DNA of 63,882 nt, filler included, from Collodictyon triciliatum (taxonomy: Eukaryota), in the NCBI GenBank assembly GCA_043381765.1. It is 4 parts of 4 records of this genome, joined end to end, with 100 filler letters (N's around TTAATTAATTAA, not from the genome) between each part and the next. Parts side by side here need not be neighbours in the genome. Positions count along the whole stretch, not along the records: positions 1 to 30,792 come from JBHJMP010000933.1; 3 more parts are not named here. One strand, written 5' to 3'. The notes beneath the pieces are model-generated. The model was not told where the DNA came from and did not search any database. It was given only the letters and a program-made list of their open reading frames with translations. Below are positions 1 through 13,967 of the stretch, in pieces. The translations under genes were made by a program, and so were the position numbers. Position 1 is the stretch's first letter. Each line of letters starts with the position of its first letter.

Positions 1-90
1 CAATAAAACAATAAAACAATAAAACAATAAAACAATAAAACAATAAAACAATAAAACAATAAAACAATAAAACAATAAAACAATAAAACA
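1..90. repeat. (CAATAAAA)n microsatellite
   Basis: About 11 tandem copies seen directly. Confidence 0.95.
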
Positions 91-160
91 AAAAACAAAA
101 CAAAAAAATAAAACAATAAAAAAAATCAAGAGAACAAAAAGCACAGGCGATTCTTTCGAT

Positions 161-3100
161 ATGGGCGCTGTTGTGTCGAGCCGTTCTCGCCGCAGTTCCG
201 GGGGTGACTCCCCAGTCCGCCCCGTGGGAAATCAAAGCAACTCGACCGATCAGAGGCGCACAGACATCGTCATTCTCAGAAACACGCCGCCAAAAACAAC
301 AGACGCATCCTTGCCAACGACAAGTGATCAGAGCGCAGTTGAAGCAGGCCCGTCGGCACAGACACGGTACTTTGTTGACGATAAGAAGAAACATACACAA
401 AAGAAAGCCGATAAAAGCTTTTAATCAAAGCCTATCTTTGTGTCCATCTTTTCGTAGGTTGCAGGCTAAAGAAGGAAAAGAAAGCAAAGCAGAGGTTCCA
501 TTCGTTACTGGGTCTAAAGTTAGAAAATCAAAGCAGATTCCTTCGTTAGTAGCAGCGATTTCATCTCATTTCAAAAGTCATATACATGTTTTATTACAAT
601 GGCTAGAAGAATACATAACATACTCCAACTTTACTTTTTTTTTAAACACATCCCACTGCCACTTTGATATCCTGTCATCTTTTATTCAATTCATTAGATC
701 GACTCCCGCCGAGTCATCATCACAAAAATCAGCCGCCACGACCGCAACAAAGTAGATTCTATTTTATATTATAATTTTCGTTATTTCATCCACTTTTGAA
801 TAGTTCGGCTTGAGACACTCTGACATAACATTTGTTCGTAAAGACCAGCTAAATTGGACGTCCAGAAGGGAAAACCCTCCAAACTTGAAGTAGGGAAATC
901 TGGTAAAGCACAACCGACTGGAACACGAGGTTCAATCAATATCGGTTTATCCCTTCTCATAAACGATTGAGTTATGAAGTAAACAAATGTACTTTTAATT
1001 GATAATAACTATTTGACAATGTCACTATAAGATTCGCTACGGTAGAAATGATATATTGATCGTTCAAAGATGCTGTACTGAGCCTCGAGGCATATAGTCT
1101 TCTGACATATCATAACCAGTAATTTTGCAATCAAATTAGGCATCAGAATGCACGAGCGCCGAGAGATGATTACAACCACCGAGACTCAGGACTTGAAGAG
1201 AATATTCATGGGAATGTTTGAAAACGAAGCACCATCCATTCATGACATCTATGTTCCTACCGCCAAGGCTCTCTCCAACGACTCCCAGGATGGTAATCCA
1301 CTGCAGAATACGAATACCTTGATGCTTTCGTTTTCCTCTGTATCTAAATTATCATCTTAAGAAAGAAAACCAAACAATTCACAACAAACAAGGAAACGTG
1401 TAATATGAAAGCTATGAAAGGCCCGCGTTAATCTCACTGAACTTAGTGCATTGATATGGACTAAATTGTGAACAGATGGCAGCGACGAGGATGAAAAAAT
1501 GTATAGTGAAGACGACTATGATTATGTAGATAACATGTATTCGCCTAGTTCAAAAGCGGATGAAATATCAAGCCATTATCTTCACTCCGAAAATCACGAC
1601 TGCCAATCAAATGACGGTGAGACAGCTCATAGTAGTATATGTTTCTTCACATATTTTCCTTAAATAACTTTACTCGCTCAAAAGACTCCGGGGTGCTTTT
1701 TAGAACAGAAAAACTGATGAATAATTTGCTTACATCACACAGTTACTGACGATGAGCACCATGATAATGAGATGGTCTCCAACCCGCCATCCCTTGTCAA
1801 GTCCGATGAAATACCGAAACAAACCATCACAATGAAAATAATTCAGGAAATGGACGAAAAATCAAAGAAAGCACTCATGAACGACTTCAGCTCTGCTTCC
1901 TTTGGACAGCCTATACAAGAAATCGAAAACTTTATCTCCACTCATGTGATTCCGAACTTGCTAAACCCATTCAATTCAACAGACCACAGCCAGTTTGGAG
2001 ATGATGGCCTCACTAACGATTTTTTTGAAAACGTCTCCCCCCTTATCCTCCGGTTTCTTGAATCCTCTCGAAACGCGATTCGCTCGTCTCTAGGAATCGA
2101 AATGGAGGCTCCGAAGCAGACTCATTCAGTAATTTTCACTGGAAATGGATTCCAAACTATTGGAGCTGCCATTAGCAAGGCACTAAGCCTCTCGCAGTCG
2201 TTCGATCGACCCATCAGAAAACCTGATCAGCTAACATTGAAGAAGAGAAATGTAATTATAACCTTACATACATTCGTATAATATTTATTTATTATATTTC
2301 CTTCTACAATCTTGTATGGATGCTTCACACGATTTCATCTTTTGCATTTGTAGCAATTTCTTACTAGCATGAATATTACAGGTCATTCTGATGGATACTA
2401 GTGACTCGTCTCATCTATCGAGAGCTTTTAGTAAAGCTGATTTCGATGTTGTGCGGCTGACAGTAAGCCAAGATGCGGAGCACATGGAGGAAAACCTCAG
2501 CACTCAACTCTCAAACTATACAGACCGAACTGTTCGTATATTTGTCACAACAGTATACTCAAACTGGAATGGACAATTGTTTAACCTCGGAAAGCTTCAA
2601 AGAGTATGCTACAATCACGGGGCGCTTTTGTGCGTTAATTTATGTTGTGTCAATACGCCAGTTTCTCCTGAAATATTTCTCTCCGAGAGTGCATTAGGCT
2701 CTGATAGAATACAAGCAGACATCTATTTGCTGACTCCAGCCTACTTTCTCGGAGGGGTTGGAGCCTCTAGTGTCGTTGTCATGCGAAATACGATGATTGG
2801 ATTATCCAACAAGCCAGACACATCAGTCTACTTCCAACCACTTCTAAGCGCCCTTGAAGGATCGTCTTCTCAGCCATCAGCTTCGCAGCAGAGCCAGCTG
2901 CGCACAACACCTGCCCGCAAGATTCAAAGCCAACTTGAAGGGGACTCGCTCAACATCGAATCGTGCATTAGAGCCGGCCTTGCCACCTTTTACCAAATTA
3001 TAAGTAGCAATGATATCGACGTTTACGAGATTTTTCTGCATCCTATCATCTCAGAGCAGGTCCACATGATGAAAAAGGCCACCTGCGAACATGTCTATTC

Positions 3101-3518
3101 TGCGCGGTATGTGGACTCGCTTGTCAAGACTCTGCGCGACTCGTGCGCGGACTGCCCGTTGATTCAGTGGATAGCAGACCATCCGCCACGAAGTCTCCGG
3201 AATGCTTTGTCCTTTAATGTCATCGACTCGTCGCAGGAGCCAAACGAAGCAGGACCTGATGTAATCCCGCCGGACCTGGTGGTTGCTGCTTTGGAACGCG
3301 AACACAGTATTCGCCTCAAGCATCGCCGCTTGCGCCATCCACACGAACTTGTTCACCCACAATTGAAGGGTGGATGGTGCCAAGCTCTTGTCCGCTCTTT
3401 CCACACAACACAGGACATGGCTTCTCTTGCCGCCACAATACGGCAGCTTGCCCAACACTCTGCAGATTTGCGCTTGCTTTACAGATTTGACTTCAAACAA
3501 GGATGGATTTCTACCTGA
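161..3518 (+). CDS. Multi-exon aminotransferase class V / cysteine-desulfurase-like protein, catalytically degenerate, with a long low-complexity N-terminus
   Basis: Starts MGAVVS; GT-AG introns (first donor at 367). Family-like motifs: IENFISTHVIPN (cf. IEDFIxxxVLPxYANTH), VIFTGNG, SNWNG (cf. SNVTG), TPAYFLGGVG (cf. SPHKFxGGPG), IRAGLA, and C-terminal GGWC...LYRFDFKQGW. Internal 5' exon boundaries are approximate. Confidence 0.75.
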
Positions 3519-4303
3519 TGAGTTATCCTGTCTCCAGCTTTCTTTCCTTCATCTATTGTTTTCTTCCATCTCCTTGTATCTCGATTTCTTTTTCTCTTTT
3601 GGAGAGAAAAAATTACGAACAGAATCCATGAACAAAAAATGATGGGAGGGGAGGCAAGAAATCAAGGAATACCATTTGAATTGTTCAACCAAAAAAAAAA
3701 AAAATAGTGGTGAATCTTTCGAGTGCCGCTCTTTTGATGCAGGCACCGGGTTTCATGTATCTAATGGTGGTTGCATCTGAAAATAAATTAAGTGTATCTC
3801 TTTCGTGTCTTGTGCTTTGATGGTGGTAAATGATCTTGATTCTGTTTGCTTGCTCTTGGCATTGGAATCTGATTGTGAAAGGTCTTTTCCTCTTCATTTT
3901 CTTTATATATGTATTATTTGCATTTACTGGTCATTTTTGAGATTTTATTTTCTCTTTCATATTTTCTATTTTTTTTCTTTTTGTATGCAAACGTAGGCCA
4001 CACAGCCTGATTCACCAGAGAATTCTTTTTTCATAGTCTACAGGTTCAGTTTTTTCTTCTTTCTCTTACCCTTATCCAGCTTTCTCTTTTCATTCTTTTC
4101 TCTTTTTGTTTTTCTTGTGCCTTTTCTTTATTCATTCTTTTTTCTTCTTTATTCATTCTTTTTCTTCTTTTTCTCTTCTTTTTCTCTTCTTTTTCTCTTC
4201 TTTTTCTCTTCTTTTTCTCTTCTTTTTCTCTTCTTTTCTCTTTTCTCTTTTATTTTTGTTTTTGTTTTGGTTGTAATCTTGTGTGTTTTACGCCAGGTTG
4301 CAT

Positions 4304-7300
4304 ATGAGCACTTTATTCTCCTTGGCGATCTGCAGAACAGGGTTGCTTGCTGCTCGACATGGCAAACTCTTTTCCAGAGGTTGGACAGTTCTGAGTTGCA
4401 CCGACTTTTCAAGAATAAAAAATAAGGAAAAGAAAAAAGAATCATGAAGCTCAACAAATACACACTGAAAGCTTGTCATATAGAGATTACACATGCATTC
4501 AAGATGCATACTAATTTACCTTACTTTAATCAACATAGCAATATCGGGCTTACTCAAGACAACAACGCATGTTCTTACAAAAACACATGGCATTCGGAAT
4601 CCTTTACTGGGCCGATACTTTGGCACAAAGGCAATTTTACCCAGTATTCATGAGTTGGACGCCTTTGACCGGCGCCTTTCCAATCTTCCGCGGGTGCCAA
4701 ACTCCAATGCGAGAGAGTCTATCAATCTGATTCGCGAGTCACGATTTGGTTTCACGCCGGCTACAGCGGATGTAAACAGACTCCGGAAGCTACTAGATGG
4801 GGAAGATATGTCGCAGTTTGTCGATTCTTTGGATTCTATCAAGGCCAGCCACCAAATGACTAGCCAATGGGATTTATTTCACCGAATCGTTTCGAGCGGG
4901 TCTGGCTCGGCAGCAGGCTTAGTTACCAGAATCGAGTGTTTAGTGAATTATCTAGCAAACACACCAGCCGATCACCACCGTGTGGACGAAGGATTTATTG
5001 GTGCATGCTTGCAGTTCCTGCTAAATCATAAAGTGACTGAAGCCGCATTAAAACTTTGCATTGTGGTTGAAAAGCATGGGCTACCCCAAGTGGATCTGAG
5101 ACTGTTAGATATACTGGCGAGGCAAATGCAAGAGGACCCAAAGTATAAGAAAGAGATAATCGATGTATTACGACTTATGAAGAAGCTGGAAGATCGTTAT
5201 CATGCAAAGAAAAAGCGTGCTGCCAACATGATAGACCAAACCACACAACAAACAATTGTGTCTGCTTTGCAGGGATTGAGCCCAGAGTTACAAAGTTTAT
5301 TTCAAAACCAATATCTTGATGAAAGTGACGATGAACACCAATCGGCAGACGACGAAGGAAATGAGGTGGAAGATAAAATGAATGTATTGATTCATTATCG
5401 TGGCATTATATCGTGATAATTAATTTATGCACTAATTATTGAGCTGGCTCTTTGTTAGCATATGTCTTCTATTGCAGTCACACATGAAACTATCGGACAT
5501 TCATAATTTTTCAATTGAAGACATTTTAATATTGAAACCTTTGAGATGTATCGTAATCTTCATGCACTAAAATCTCCTAGGACCAAGCTGTAAGCTCAAG
5601 GAGAAAACGAGGTTCAAGCATGGAGGCAGGATTGAGTTCTGAAGACCCTACAAACGTACCAGACCTATCCTCTCTAAAGTTCGAAATCAACTTTGCATCC
5701 AATTCAGCAGAAAGCTTATCCAAGATTTATCAACTGGCCAATCTTCTTCGTGAACAAGGTGCGCATGAGCAAACATACCAGCTGACTCAGCTTTTCGGAG
5801 ATGAAAACCCATTGCAAAAGGACAAAATTTTTTGTCGCCAACGTGTCTGCATGTATGGTAGCTTCTCAAGAATCGGTGCAAAAAGGCTTTCAAGTATTTG
5901 AAGAGCAATATCCTGATTCCGATCCTGATATAATAACCTACAATCACTTTTTATCCCTTCTCTCCTTAACTGGCTCAGTAAAAGAGATGGAAGAAGTATT
6001 CCGTCGCATGGAAAAAGCACACAATATTCATCCAAATCGAAATTCTTACCATCACATGATGACAGCCTATTCTCAAGCCGACCAACTGGATATGATGATG
6101 CGTTGTTTTTTAGAGATGAAAGCAATGTCTATTCAGCCTGATACAAACACGTGTGGTATCGTTGTCGAAGCATACCTCCGTGAAGATGACATCGAAAAAG
6201 CACTCAATTTTATTGAAGAAATGCAGTTGGATGGAATCGCTCTTGACTGCAGACCTTTTGACAGTGTAATTAACTATTATCTCGACCAAAACAAAGTCAC
6301 TGATGCATTAAAGGTGTTTTTCAACATGTCTAGGAGCAGTCCTAAAACTACTGGAATAAATCCTGATATAACCATATATAATTCTCTGATGGAAGAATGT
6401 ATTGCCACTGAAGATTTTACTGGGGCATCCTTGTTATACCAGGCTTGCATCAGAGACCCACGCGTCTTCCCACAGGCTACAACATTTGAGATCATGCTGG
6501 GCTGTGCGGGTGAAAGTGAATCTCTGTATGACGCAGCAACTTACGTCCGAGACATGTGCACATTTGGTGTAGAACCTACTACTGAAACCTTTGAGAGAGT
6601 CATGACCATGCTAGTCGATATGGGGAAGCAAAAAGAAGCGCTTGGCCTTTTTAATGCAGCTTGCAAACGATACGAAACAGTTTCACTCGATTTATGGAAT
6701 TTGGCAATATCTGCTCGGGGTGGATATGATAATATAAAGAATGCCAGCTTAATGTTGAATGATATGCAAGCAAATTATATTACTCCGAACATATTCTCCT
6801 ATAACGCTCTGATATCATCGTGCAAGCCAGAAGATATTGATGATGCAATATCCTTGTATGAATGGGTTATGCAGCAATCCAATAAATCAATCGTTGATGC
6901 AAACAAAGATGTTGGAGATGGCAGCTGTGATAGCTCCAAAAATAAGGGGTTCGTTAAAAAATCTGATGCAGCACCCAATGACAACTTTAGTGCTGTTCAA
7001 GAGAATTCAACTGTGGGCAATGATAGCCTAGCAAAGTTTGATGATTTTGATGTAGATTCTGAAATAGAAGCACAATTCTCTGCTAAACTAGACGCGAAAC
7101 TTCGAGAATGGAAAAACAAAAACGAGAGCAAAAATGATAGTGTATCATCTCCACATGAAGCTTTTGCAGCCCCACCCAAAAATTATGACGACGGAAACAA
7201 TCCTTTTTTTAGTCAAAAAGGTGAGAACATCGGTACTATTCAAGAAAAGAAAATGAAATTCTCTGTAGGAAATCCTCAAAGCATCGAAGCGAACGCAGAG

Positions 7301-8209
7301 ACCTTTTATGCAATTATTCAAGCATGTGAGAGAGCTAAAAAATCCGATTATTTTGAAAAAGTTTTGAATGATGCCATCAACTACTTTGTTTCTCCAGAGC
7401 CTTCTGTATTTTGTGAGATTCTTCGTTCTTGTTTCCGTTCTGGACAGCATAGTCTTGCTCAAGAATATTTGAAACGAATGGAAAATAATAACGGGAAAGA
7501 CTCCATCGACATTTCAGTCTGGAACGCAATCATCCAAGGACTGGGAAGCCGCTTGACACTGAAGGAAGTCAACGACATCTACCGTAAAGGCAGAGGAAGT
7601 AACCAAGACGAAACAGAACTTCATTTGACATACATAATGACGTGTGGGATGCAAGGAGACGGGCTTCAAGGATTGGTATTGTGTAGCTCATTATACAACT
7701 CGAATATAGTGAGCCTTCGTGACGGAATTCACTCGTTTATGATTGGGGCATCTGCTAGAGGGCGACACGATGTGATATATGAAGCGCTGGAACTGATGAA
7801 GCAAATGGGAATGGAGCCACAAGATGAAGAGCATCATTTTATCGTCACTGCGTTTGCATTTACACGGGATTCTAGTGCGGCTGCGCAATATCTTTCTCAA
7901 CTCAAATCAAAGAATCAGACAATCGGTCCTCTGACATACCAGGCAATGATGTTTGTTTGTTGCGAAGATACGAATAACAACGGCCAGCTGGGCCTCGAGA
8001 CACTTCGCGAAATGACAGAGAAGTATCCTTTGCCTCACAACCCGGACTTGCCGAACATCGACCCTTATTTTATGAGGCACCTAGTTGCTTGGGCTCAGGA
8101 GCAGGCACCTGGAAATCCGTTTGCATCTGAGCTACTCCGTTGCAAAAAGGAGTTTGATATGCAAGACAGTCGCTCAATTCAGGAGATTCTTCGTCTGTTA
8201 TCAGAGTGA
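4304..8209 (+). CDS. Pentatricopeptide repeat (PPR) protein, probably mitochondrial
   Basis: Hand splice: 4304-4379, 4539-5383, 5581-5758, about 5871-8209. Many 35-aa PPR motifs (PDIITYNHFL, PNRNSYHHMM, PDITIYNSLM, PNIFSYNALI). The N-terminus MSTLFSLAICRTGLLAARHGKLFSR is Arg/Ser/Leu-rich and acid-free, like a presequence. Confidence 0.9.
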
Positions 8210-8714
8210 AGACCAAAGAAAAAAAATAAAATAACAAGCCCTTTGCTTCATTTTTCCCTATCTTATTCTAACCCACCGTAAAATCATTCTCATCCGCAAG
8301 AGATATATGTTCGCAAAGTATGATTATATGAATGGAATCCTTGGCAACAAGAAGGGCTTGCGGTGCAAGCCCTCATGGAAATCGACCAGCACCCGCCCGA
8401 CATGGGATAGTATTTATGGATACCAACAGAGTGTCTGGTATAGTAATGATTGCTCAACACGACGTAAGAGTATACTCACTCTGATACAGTTTGTATTTTT
8501 TTAATTACGAGGTTATCAGCTTGTCCGTTGTTTCCATCTCTCGCCAATAGCAGTGTTATACTTCAATTGGAAATAAAGGGTGCGTTTATGGGTATACTGA
8601 TGTAGAAAAAGAAGACCAAAGCCGCGAATATATATTTGATGGGAGAGAAGAAAGTCCCTATCCTTTTTTTTTTCTCCTTTCTTTCGGAACAGTGGGATTG
8701 GGTCATTGAGCGCA

Positions 8715-11700
8715 TTAGACAAAGCTGAATTTGGTTTTGCGTTCACCATCGGTAAGATTGAGTTCCCGACTTTGGTGTTTCGAGAATAGATGGATGTATT
8801 TTCTGCAAAAAGATGGATATTAGAAACGATTCCAGACGGACAAGATGATGGGATATGTGGGACTCTTACGTGACGATGATTGGATAGGAAGGTTCTACTT
8901 TGCTACGGTATGCAAAGTAATCACGAATAAAGATGTGTTCTAGGATTATTAAATTGCTCTTTTGAATATCTATTACATAAATATGTTACCAGAGGGCGAT
9001 TTGTGCAACTGTTGAAAGTGGTATAAACTCTCGGTCGTCCTCCGTGATGTCTTCAATCGCCTCTCGAAGGTCCCTGTAGGATTAACAGAGATAAGAACCA
9101 ATAACTACAAAGAGAGCACAGAAAACTTAAGAGCCTTTTGAAATCAAATAAAGTGGCAGGATGTGGAGCTGTTATCGATTCATATTTTAATAAGGCATGA
9201 CCTTTGAGATTCTGAACTTGGATTAAGATAATCTGATAGATGCGGCAGCGCGAGGGAGATCATTTGCCTACAAAACAGTAAGAATAATATTTGTAGAATG
9301 AGTGTGTTGTGGGTGCAATAAATCATGCGATAATAAAGCAAATCCCACTCGGCTTTACTCTCATCAAATTGAACCATATCCAGGGCATCGTCCTACAATT
9401 TAGATACCATTTTTTGTTTTTAGCGAGAGAGAAAAAAATAGAGCAGAGTATCTAGGTTAAGATAAATGATTCTTGAAGTATTTTCAAAGAAATTCATAGA
9501 ATATAAACCATGCATTGAACCCCATGAATTAAGTAATTTCTGAATTCGTCAGTAAAGTGAATGGCATTTCCGTCTTTAAACTCTCTAATTACTATCGAGT
9601 GTCTGATTGTCTTTGGAAGCTGAATAATTCCCCGTCGTATATACTGATAGAGTTGCCTGTATCAAAGATAGAGAATAGCATGAGGGTGGTGCTGGTATTT
9701 GAGACAAAGGAACAAAGAGCCCGCTTTTCTTGACTTTTTGTAAGGCCAGATTTATAAGTGATAGATGGCATAATACGTTATCGGTAAGCATGAAACCGCG
9801 AGGAGTGCATATTGCCTTTGGAATTCCTGTTCAAAAACAAAAGCTAGTCAACAGCTTGCCATGAATAAACGGAGCTAGATATCGGTCTAGTTTGGTCGAA
9901 ATATGACGAGTTGGTAGAATTATTACAGCTGAAACTGGAAACGATATTTCTTCAATGACGAAAAGAATTGCCTCCATCAATTTGAAAAGCATAAACATGG
10001 ATAAATTCCTAGATGTTTCAAGAATAAGTTGAGTAAAACTGAGCCACCTTAGAAGGCAAAACATCCTGTTCACTCATGTTTTGTTTATAGTGAGAAAAGA
10101 CTAAAATTAAGCCCAATATTTTCATGGCATAATGGCTGATTTATCATAAAACTTGGAAGCGTTAGTCGCAGCAGAGCGTCTCTTCACGGCAGTTTGGATG
10201 CAATTATACAATCTTGAGAGGGAGAGGGTCTATCGCATATTAATGTAACTAATTAAACACTACCATCAGAAATAAAAATAGATGTGCATATACAAACAAC
10301 ACATGTTGATTTACCTGTGCAGTTGAATATTCCTTGGCCCACCGAGAGCAAGTGGTTTCTTTTGGATATGCCGACAGAAAGTGGTCGACTAGAATGAAAA
10401 ACATCTAAAATGGAACAAAAGTTTAGAGATATGGTGCGTTATTTTTGTCCAGGATGAGACTAATTCTAGTTTATCATGTTCTAAAAGCAAGTTAGTTAAC
10501 TTTATACCTGTTGCTTTGTGATAGCACCGGCAAAATCTTCGGAAACAAGCTGATCGAACGACAACTTGACTACGATTGATAAATTCATGACATGAAAAAG
10601 TATTGCAGGATCCTTTTCATCATTTACAATTTTTTGTACTGTCCCACGCAAAGTGAATATATAAATGAAATCGCTATAGTTTCTTTGCTTTATAGTTTTT
10701 GTTCGTTTCTTTTTTTTTTGAAAAAAATGTAAAATGAAATCAAGAACAAATGAATAATTAATGAGGAAAATCATATCCAGTTATTTCAAACCTTGCTCGT
10801 CATGCTTTAAAATATTTGTAACTTTCCGTGCCAGGGCCCGTATTCCTATGTATCTTTGACCTGAAAACTCGTGGTAGCTTGGTTGAATCTGGGAGAAAGT
10901 AAAGCATCAAAAACACCACCAAAGAAAAGGAGATGTTAGTAAGTGTAATGTAGCACAAATGTAAATTTTATTTTCGAGAATTACAAATAAAATATTATTG
11001 TTTTCGTACATAGTTTGGCAGATCCTCGAGAACCAGTCGCATGCTCTCCTGATATAGATTGTTTTTTTTTAAAAAAAAAACTATAACCTTTAGATTATCG
11101 GACAGGCTTTTAAAATTGAAATATCTGAACATTATCGTCATTCTTTTTTAATTTACATTTCGAGGAAGGGTCGATTGGAAGCCAAACAGATTTGTTGATT
11201 TCATCGATTTATATGTGATGGAGTATCGTGGTCGAGACTTTCCCAGAATTTACATGTATAAAAAAGTTGTGAGTAATTTAAAAAAAATGCTAACATGAAA
11301 ATAATTGATGATTGTGATTTATTGCAGAAGATTTTATGAAAATTTAAAACATGATTATTTTTTTTTAGAAAAATAGTGCATAGCAAGTTTTCGTCAATAC
11401 TTTAGTTTGTGAGGTTTCCTCCGGTGTTTCATCGCTCAACTCTAGCGGATTAATACTGGATATGGGGAGTAGCCGCAATAGCTCGAGGGGAATCTGAGCC
11501 TCCTTGACATTCTGATATGAAAGAGCTAGCATCCATGCCACCCCATAAAAAGTCGTAATTAACATAAGCAACATATTTTCATTTCATTTCATTTTAAAAA
11601 GCATTGGCCCAAAATTATAACGAGGTGATGCATGCATCTAACTAGAATAAAACCTATCAGATATTCCTTTATAAATTCTGGAGAGAAGTTTTCTGGTTTA

Positions 11701-13740
11701 TCTTGGCAAACTTTCATAATTATCTGGGGTTGAATATATAAAAATAGAGAGGGTTAAGGAATCCCGTCATTTTTGTCGGTTTAATACGATACAAAACATG
11801 ACTTTTCGAAAAAGAAAATCAAACGATGGTGTATCCAGTAAAATTTATAGTCATACCTGCTCAACAAGCTCCTGGTCATGCAGATGTGATATGGCGAGAT
11901 GGAGAGCTTTCACATGCAAATCAACATTCTTTTACATACAACATCCATGAAGGTTAAGTAATAGGAAAATATGTGAAACTTTTGCATAAACAGAAATGCT
12001 CGAGGTTTAATCTCTTGAAAATGGAATATTAAGGCAACGAAAATACCTCTTGCTGGTATAGAGATAGAATTGTTTCTCGATTCAAGTAAAATTCATAGAT
12101 TGTATTGCCAAAGACATCCAGGAAGCATGAGTCTATGTCATGAAGTAGCGCATGTCTTAGGGATTATTCTTGGTAATTATTATTTTTATAGAAAAATATT
12201 GTACACACACAAGAAAGAAACCAAAGAAAGGCAGAAAAAACAACGTAAATGATACGAACCATATTTTTCTGCTGCTGGTAGAGTGCCCGATTTGGGGATG
12301 CTACACGGTAGGAGCATCCGTGGACACCCCTTTACATTTGTAAAATATTCAAAAATTGTCACAAAAGAAAGAAAATCTAGAAGAGGAGATAATAAAACAT
12401 ATTTATGGGCACAATAAACTCTCGATGCAATCCAATTAATACGAGATGATATTTTACCTCATAATCAGATAAAAGTTCAAAAGAGGTCTCCTCTTTGTCT
12501 GAAATAATTATTTTCAAAATGAATGCACACAAATCAGATGTAATTTTCCTTTTCATGATACACAAAATTTGGGTTGAAAAAATATTATTACGATTTTTAT
12601 CTATGCGAAATTATATAGAAAATCAAAACCAGTGAATAAAAGTCCTTCGCTGCAAGGGTGGTCGAAACCGCAATCGAGGAGTTGGAAATACTGCCCAGGG
12701 ATGTATAAAAGCTGCAAGAAAATGGCCATTTTTTACAAGCATAATACAAATAATATATAGTACGTTCTGGATTGACTGCGGCAGGTGATTTTCAAGCGCG
12801 CAAATATAAACCTACCAGCTGATCCGATATAGACCCGAAGAATATTTGAGATTTTCTTGGATAATTTATAGGTTTTAAGGAGTTGCTAGAGCTGTGTACA
12901 CTCATTCGAATCATTTTAAATATAAATTGTTCAAAAATTAAAGTTTGAGGAACATATAATATTTACCTTATCGCATCTGCATCCGAAGAGTATAGAGGTA
13001 TAGAGATATGGGCCATAGTCCTCCGATTAAGTACGTAGACGATGCACTATATTTTTGCATGAATACATGAGTTCCAAGCACCAGAAAAGCAAAAAAAGTT
13101 CTCAACACTTTTCTCCTCTGTTCGGAGAAGGAATGCATATTCAGCTTAAAGAAGGAGAAAGAAATGAAACATAGAGAAATCAGTTATAGAAGCATGAAAA
13201 GGGATAATGAAATGGTTAAAGTGATTTACATACTTTAAAGCCTGCGTAAGGATTTCGTCCTATTTCAAGATGCTCTTGGTGACAAAGATGAAGTCCGCTC
13301 TAAAGAATGATATCAAAGAACATTACAATTTTCTTAAAAAAAAAAGATATAATATTGCAAGATGAGTTTTTTCTAACAATAATGGCATATGAGAAAGGTA
13401 TAGCACTTGCCTGCATCTCAATAACTGTCATCTTAATATCGTGTGAACTCTCCCCACACATCCATAAGAGAGGTGAATGACTCGAAGGAATAAATGTAAG
13501 AGCTCTTTTCTCAGGGCGAGTAAGCACCAACTAAGCGTATTTTGTTTCGTTTTTTTTTTCTTTAGAAAAAAAATTATCGAAGAAAAGGCTACATGATAAA
13601 ACAGCACATCCATAAACGGTCAGTATAAATCTGTACGTGCAGTGAGGTTTCAAGAAACTGGTCCGGGTTCGTTGCAACCGCAAAACGATATCCCTGCAAT
13701 ACGTATTCTAGCTCGATGGCCGTTCGGGGAGTCTGTTTGG

Positions 13741-13779
<39 letters not shown>

Positions 13780-13850
13780 GTTGATTGATTGATTGATTGA
13801 TTGATATTTATTTATTGATTGATTGATTTATTGATTGTTTGGTTGATTGG

Positions 13851-13906
<56 letters not shown>

Positions 13907-13930
13907 TTGATTGGTTGATTGGTTGATTGG

Positions 13931-13967
<37 letters not shown>

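Noticed and set aside
5759-5901. Apparent frameshift between ORFs 5620-5901 and 5801-8209 in the PPR gene
   Set aside because: A canonical GT(5759)..AG(5870 or 5861) intron restores the frame and gives a plausible PPR motif.
8870-8990. Junction-created TGA in the GSAP 3' end, suggesting readthrough or a +1 frameshift
   Set aside because: A downstream acceptor (CCGTAG, about 8904) gives a clean in-frame junction, AQIALC-KVEPSYP.
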